From an uncultured virus (IMG/VR IMGVR_UViG_3300008450_005828) (taxonomy: Duplodnaviria > Heunggongvirae > Uroviricota > Caudoviricetes): a stretch of DNA of 64,000 nucleotides. The DNA is taken from the IMG/VR virus record IMGVR_UViG_3300008450_005828. One strand, written 5' to 3'. Made by a program: the position numbers and the translations under genes. The notes beneath the pieces were generated by a model. It ran no database searches. It was not told the DNA's origin and saw nothing but the letters and a program-made list of their open reading frames with translations. Shown one piece after another: positions 59,433 to 64,000 of this stretch (its first letter is position 1; each line of letters begins with the position of its first letter).

Positions 59433-60684
59433 AACATTTTGTATGCATCCGTTTACAGGATTAGCCACCAGAGAAGACGGTGCTGTTAAAGTTTGCTGTC
59501 GCAGTCAACCAGTTGGATGGATTCAAAACGAAAGTTTAGAAGAAATATGGAACAACGATCAAATGCGAGAAGTAAGACGCCAGGTGCTAAACAATGAACG
59601 TCCTACTGTTTGCGTACCTTGTTTTGATTTAGAAGATCAGGGTGTAGAAAGTCTAAGACAGCGACACATTAAAAATACGTTTCCAGACAGTAGAGTTAAT
59701 CTTTATCCAACTGCACTTGATAGTTTGCATGACGATTATTCAATGCCTTTTGAACTTCCTACTATCGAAATTAAAATTAACAATCTTTGTAATTTAAAAT
59801 GCAGAATGTGCAATCCTCTCGACAGCACACAGTGGAAGGATTGGAGCAGTGTCGTTGAGTTTTATCGAGAAGAAAACAACTACCTAGTCGATGCTGTTGC
59901 TAAACTAGGATTAGATAAGCGTCCGCATATTGATTTGTTTGTTGAGCGTGAAGATTTTTGGGCTAACTTAGAAAAACTGTTACCTTATTTTAGACGAGTA
60001 GAATTTGCAGGTGGCGAACCACTAATGGACCCAAGCCATTATCGTATACTTGATATGCTTGCTCCGTATGGTGAAAACATTGAATTAAAATATGCAACCA
60101 ACGGTACTGTACTAGGAATCAAAGGCGGAAGAACTATTCACGATTATTGGCCTCGGTTTAAAAGTGTAAAAGTAAACGTTTCTATTGACGGTATACATGA
60201 TGTATATGATTATATCAGAAGCAACGGCGATTTTAAAACAGTAGAAGAAAATATTAAGATTATTAAAAGTATGCCCAACGTTCCGTATGTTGTTGGAGCA
60301 TTTACAGTTCAGGCAGGCAATGTAATGCAACTAGACAGTGCAATACCTTATTTTTTAAATGAAATGGGTATTGTGTTTTATAGTCATCGTGTAAATTATC
60401 CCAATGTGTTGTCTGCACAATGCATACCTGTTGAACTAAAAACTGTTGTTATAAATAAATTAGAAATATTAAAAGATGAAATTGCTGCATATCCAATAAT
60501 GAATATGCATCCTACTATACTTTCAATTACTAAACAACAAATCAACGATAACATAAATTTCTTAAAAGGCAAAGACCTAAGTCATTTGTGGCCAAAAACT
60601 GTTGACTTTAATAGACGTTTAGATTCAAATAGGAATCAAGGACCATTTGAAAAGGTAATTCCAGAATATGCACCATATGTTTGA
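59419..60684 (+). CDS. radical SAM protein, subfamily A
   Basis: FCMHPF...VCC...CVPC, CNLKCRMC, AGGEP and SIDG. Confidence 0.9.
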   Translation: MHSSKTFCMHPFTGLATREDGAVKVCCRSQPVGWIQNESLEEIWNNDQMREVRRQVLNNERPTVCVPCFDLEDQGVESLRQRHIKNTFPDSRVNLYPTALDSLHDDYSMPFELPTIEIKINNLCNLKCRMCNPLDSTQWKDWSSVVEFYREENNYLVDAVAKLGLDKRPHIDLFVEREDFWANLEKLLPYFRRVEFAGGEPLMDPSHYRILDMLAPYGENIELKYATNGTVLGIKGGRTIHDYWPRFKSVKVNVSIDGIHDVYDYIRSNGDFKTVEENIKIIKSMPNVPYVVGAFTVQAGNVMQLDSAIPYFLNEMGIVFYSHRVNYPNVLSAQCIPVELKTVVINKLEILKDEIAAYPIMNMHPTILSITKQQINDNINFLKGKDLSHLWPKTVDFNRRLDSNRNQGPFEKVIPEYAPYV

Positions 60685-61507
60685 ATTGGTTTTAGGAAAT
60701 GATCAAAGTAAAAAAAGTTTGTTTTTTAAAATATTTGAAACAGATATAGCACAACTATGGGCAAATGAAATAAAAAAAGAATATTTGTTATACGAAAATG
60801 ATCGCTTTACACAATGGCCTGGATCTAACAAAGACGAAAACTACTATCAATCTAGTTTAAAACATCACATAGATATAATCAACAGTTATGATAAAATTAT
60901 CGATCTAGAAAAATATAATCAACAAACGTTTTTAAATATTTTACACAAACATTTTGAAGATCTTAGAGGTCATGTTGTTTACGGTACTGATTGGTATGCA
61001 ACTGCTCCGGTTAATGTACAACAGAGTGTTGATAAATTAAATGTATTAATTCACGAATACGAAAATTATTTAAATGAAAAAGACAGCACACATCTAAATC
61101 CTACTATTGTATGTACGTTCAAAGATAGACCCACGTATAATTTAAAAAACGAACATTATAAGTACTTTACTCATAAATGGGAATTTGGAACTGTTTATAT
61201 AAACTATTGCGAAGTAGGAAAACCGTTGTTAGATGTTTTTAAAGACAACGACGAAAATGTTGGCAAAGATGCTATAAGACCACAGAGTACATATAGTGCT
61301 GATTTTATGGTAAAGTTTGGAATTGATGTACCCGATCAGTTTGTTATAGATAAAGAGAACAAATTTTGGATTTGGGCTAACTCTAAAAATATAAATGTTG
61401 ATCCATCTAAAGCAGCACTTGGAATGATTCCAGTTGCTAAGATTGTAGAAAAAATAGACATTAACAAATTAAAAGATTTTAATAAGGTAATAAAATGCAC
61501 AGTGTAG
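60677..61507 (+). CDS. hypothetical protein
   Basis: ~276-aa ORF overlapping both neighbours, with LH..FE...LN..IH..E and YINYCEVGK. Confidence 0.7.
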   Translation: MFELVLGNDQSKKSLFFKIFETDIAQLWANEIKKEYLLYENDRFTQWPGSNKDENYYQSSLKHHIDIINSYDKIIDLEKYNQQTFLNILHKHFEDLRGHVVYGTDWYATAPVNVQQSVDKLNVLIHEYENYLNEKDSTHLNPTIVCTFKDRPTYNLKNEHYKYFTHKWEFGTVYINYCEVGKPLLDVFKDNDENVGKDAIRPQSTYSADFMVKFGIDVPDQFVIDKENKFWIWANSKNINVDPSKAALGMIPVAKIVEKIDINKLKDFNKVIKCTV

Positions 61508-62391
61508 AAAATCTATACCCACATTATAAAGATAGCATTAAAATAGAATGGAACCTAGGCAAACGTTGCAACTACGATTGTAGTTATTGTCCCAGCGAAA
61601 TACATGACAACAGTTCAACACACACAGACTTGCGTGTATTAGAACGTGCAATTGACGAAATTGCAAAACTGAAAAATCCACGTATTAGTTTTACAGGCGG
61701 TGAACCTACTGTGCATCCACAATTTAAAAAAATTCTTTCTTATGCACAAAGACGTGTAAAATGGATTAGTGTTACAACAAATGGAACACGAACTGTAGAT
61801 TTTTATAGAGATATATGTAGTGAATACATTGACTATCTTGTGTTTAGTTTACACTTTGAATACAACTGGGAGAGAGTACTAGGAACAATACTAAGCACTG
61901 CTGTTCCGTTTTATAAAAACAAAGTTCTTGTGCATATTATGATGCTTCCGGGAAAACTCAACGAAGCAAAACATGCAATCGAATATCTATCAAAGCACGA
62001 AATAAAATTTGCACTGCGTCCTATACGTTGGACAGAAACCCACGATGTGTTTGACGACACCGGTCGTTATAGTTTAGATGAACGTGAATTTTTAAAAACA
62101 GTAAATCACAATCCGCCTGCAAACACATTAATAGACAAAACAATTGAGTGCAATGTTAACGATCTGTTAGTAAACAAAAACAATCAGTTTAAAGATTGGA
62201 TTTGTCGTGCAGGTTTAGAAAGTTTAATGATTAACTGGGACGGCGAAATACATCGTGCAACTTGTAGAGTAGGTGGAAGTTTAGGTAACATTTATAAACA
62301 AGAGTTTGCTGTTCCAACAGAAGAAATAACGTGTACTAGAGAATGGTGTACTTGCGCCGCAGATATAAACATTACAAAATGGAAAAAGTAA
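61495..62391 (+). CDS. radical SAM protein, subfamily B
   Basis: WNLGKRCNYDCSYC and TGGEPT, with CRAG...C...CTREWCTCAAD. Confidence 0.9.
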   Translation: MHSVENLYPHYKDSIKIEWNLGKRCNYDCSYCPSEIHDNSSTHTDLRVLERAIDEIAKLKNPRISFTGGEPTVHPQFKKILSYAQRRVKWISVTTNGTRTVDFYRDICSEYIDYLVFSLHFEYNWERVLGTILSTAVPFYKNKVLVHIMMLPGKLNEAKHAIEYLSKHEIKFALRPIRWTETHDVFDDTGRYSLDEREFLKTVNHNPPANTLIDKTIECNVNDLLVNKNNQFKDWICRAGLESLMINWDGEIHRATCRVGGSLGNIYKQEFAVPTEEITCTREWCTCAADINITKWKK

Positions 62392-63431
62392 ACGCTATAA
62401 ATTTAACAAAGCCCGAACCGTTTTTAGTCACATGGGATATCGGAAGACGTTGCAATTTTGATTGTAGTTATTGCGAAAGCACTAGACACAATACGTATAG
62501 CCCGCCTACAGACTATAATCAACTTATAAAGACATTTGAATTTATAAAAGAATATGTCTCGGTTTACGACTTTAAAGAAGTTAATATAAATTTTACTGGA
62601 GGAGAACCTACAGTAAATCCACGTTTCTGGGACTTGATTTCTTACATTAAAACAAACAGTAACTTCGGTGTAGGCATTACTACAAACGGAACATGGCATC
62701 CAAAGCATACAGATTTTATATTAAAAAATTGCAACGGAGTAACTGTAAGTTGGCACACCGAAGCAGATGAAAAATTACGTGAACGTGCAATACAAAATGC
62801 CATTGCATTACACAATGCAGGGTTATGGGTGTCTGTCAATGTAATGCTGCACACAGACTACTGGGATATTGCTGTAGATGCATACAATCGTTTAAAAAGT
62901 GCAGGAGTAAATGCTGTACCAACTCCACTCGGTGACGGTGTTAAAGAACGTACCGATTGGTTTGAAGATAGCGAAGGTGTATTACGCAGAACTGGGCACC
63001 AATATACACCGGAACAATATGCATGGTATTGGAATACTCAAGGAATTGCCAAAGAAACCAGCGATGCTGTTTTAGCAGGATCTAGTTTAGGAAGAGGTTG
63101 CTGTGGAGGCAGATGTCTAGTAGGTAAAACAGATACATGGAAATCAGTTTCGATAGTAGATAATCATTTTAAAGATTGGTTTTGTAAAGTAAACTATTAC
63201 TTCCTTCATATCGAAGAACATACTGGTAATGTGTATCATCATCAGACCTGTCAAGCAAAATTTACAGGAAGAGGACCTATCGGTACTTTAGATAATACTG
63301 ATGCTATATTATCAATGGTTAAAAATTATTTAAAAAATCCTCAACCAATTGTTTGCCCAAACGAGCGTTGTGGCTGTGGTGTTTGTGTTCCTAAAGCAAA
63401 AGAATATTCGGACTATTTGTTGTTAACTTGA
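62379..63431 (+). CDS. radical SAM protein, subfamily B
   Basis: WDIGRRCNFDCSYC and TGGEPT, an extra GCCGGRC, and C-terminal CPNERCGCGVC. Confidence 0.9.
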   Translation: MEKVNAINLTKPEPFLVTWDIGRRCNFDCSYCESTRHNTYSPPTDYNQLIKTFEFIKEYVSVYDFKEVNINFTGGEPTVNPRFWDLISYIKTNSNFGVGITTNGTWHPKHTDFILKNCNGVTVSWHTEADEKLRERAIQNAIALHNAGLWVSVNVMLHTDYWDIAVDAYNRLKSAGVNAVPTPLGDGVKERTDWFEDSEGVLRRTGHQYTPEQYAWYWNTQGIAKETSDAVLAGSSLGRGCCGGRCLVGKTDTWKSVSIVDNHFKDWFCKVNYYFLHIEEHTGNVYHHQTCQAKFTGRGPIGTLDNTDAILSMVKNYLKNPQPIVCPNERCGCGVCVPKAKEYSDYLLLT

Positions 63432-64000
63432 TCCACAGGTTTACTAAATGTGTTGCCACATGCTCTAGCACAGGTCCATAATTTTTTAATGTTCCAATAT
63501 TTTTGCCATACAGTTTGAAACGAGTTTGATTCAATTACTTTTTGAATGCCTTGTTTAGCGTCGGTATTACCTAAGTCATAAATCAAATCACTGTATTGTT
63601 TTTTTATGTGTTGTTTTGCTGCAAATAAATTATCAGTAGTTCTCTCATAATCATATGGTATGGCTGCTAAAAAACAACAAGGCATAATACGCTTGTGAGC
63701 ATCAATATAAATTTCTTTTTTATGTTTAGCATAACAAACGATTTCAGTGTTTTGAATTGTTTCGCTAACTGCTACAATATCCGTTGGATCAAAATAATTA
63801 ACTTTTGTTATTGCTGGCGGATATAATCGATCAATTGTTTTTTCATTTTTATCTAACACAATGTATTCTTTTTCAAAGGCAAATCTACTGCTGTCTTTTG
63901 TATAAAATTTTTCAAAACCAATTTTTTCTGCAAGGTCTCGTGCTTGATCTACTTGATGTTCATTATGCTTAAATCTAATAAAACTCCATTCTGCTATACC
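63413..64000 (-). CDS. radical SAM protein, subfamily C, 5' part outside the window
   Basis: Frame is open to 64000: WSFIRFKHNEHQVDQA...MPCC...CARAC matches the C-terminal half of 36899-37978 and 46028-47125. The CxxxCxxC motif is not in the window. Confidence 0.8.
   Translation of the reverse strand, partial: GIAEWSFIRFKHNEHQVDQARDLAEKIGFEKFYTKDSSRFAFEKEYIVLDKNEKTIDRLYPPAITKVNYFDPTDIVAVSETIQNTEIVCYAKHKKEIYIDAHKRIMPCCFLAAIPYDYERTTDNLFAAKQHIKKQYSDLIYDLGNTDAKQGIQKVIESNSFQTVWQKYWNIKKLWTCARACGNTFSKPVDQVNNK

Noticed and set aside
20053..63431. Assigning specific names (moaA, pqqE, nirJ, anSME) to the radical SAM proteins
   Set aside because: Only superfamily-level motifs are visible and the partner genes for those pathways are absent.
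1..64000. Stop-codon reassignment, as seen in some large phages
   Set aside because: Genes are full length and tightly packed under the standard code, and TAA, TGA and TAG all terminate genes.
1..64000. tRNA, rRNA, introns, inteins, transposases or integrases
   Set aside because: Intergenic gaps are very short and I saw no cloverleaf, split gene or mobile-element motif. A covariance-model scan was not run.
12785..64000. Cellular natural-product (NRPS/PKS/classical RiPP) cluster
   Set aside because: No carrier protein, condensation or KS domain, transporter, regulator or clear precursor peptide. The context (fibre genes, RNase H-like nuclease, TAAATA promoters) is phage-like.

Overview
The window looks like part of a large, AT-rich tailed dsDNA bacteriophage genome. 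It is densely coding, uses the standard code, has T4-late-like TAAATA motifs plus a few sigma70-type promoters, and shows no rRNA, tRNA, CRISPR or IS element that I can see. The first ~9.5 kb holds conserved large-phage genes: a QueE-like radical SAM enzyme, MetK, a 5'-3' exonuclease/RNase H, a MoxR-type AAA+ ATPase with a VWA/metallopeptidase partner, and hypotheticals. A fibre-like virion protein and a subtilisin follow (9.5-12.7 kb). The remaining ~51 kb is an unusually large block of tailoring enzymes: 20 complete radical SAM genes plus one truncated at the window edge, in four paralogous subfamilies (two cobalamin-dependent type), about nine Fe(II)/2OG-type oxygenases, three methyltransferase-like proteins, two short PLP enzymes, an amidinotransferase, two PP-loop enzymes, two SDRs, two kinase-like proteins, a repeated-domain glycosyltransferase, and a polyamine module (ornithine decarboxylase-like, homospermidine synthase, AMP-ligase). 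A GN-repeat virion-like protein sits inside this block. Family calls come from motifs read in the translations, and no database searches were run. The substrate of the enzyme block (virion proteins or glycans, DNA, or a small molecule) is inference only.
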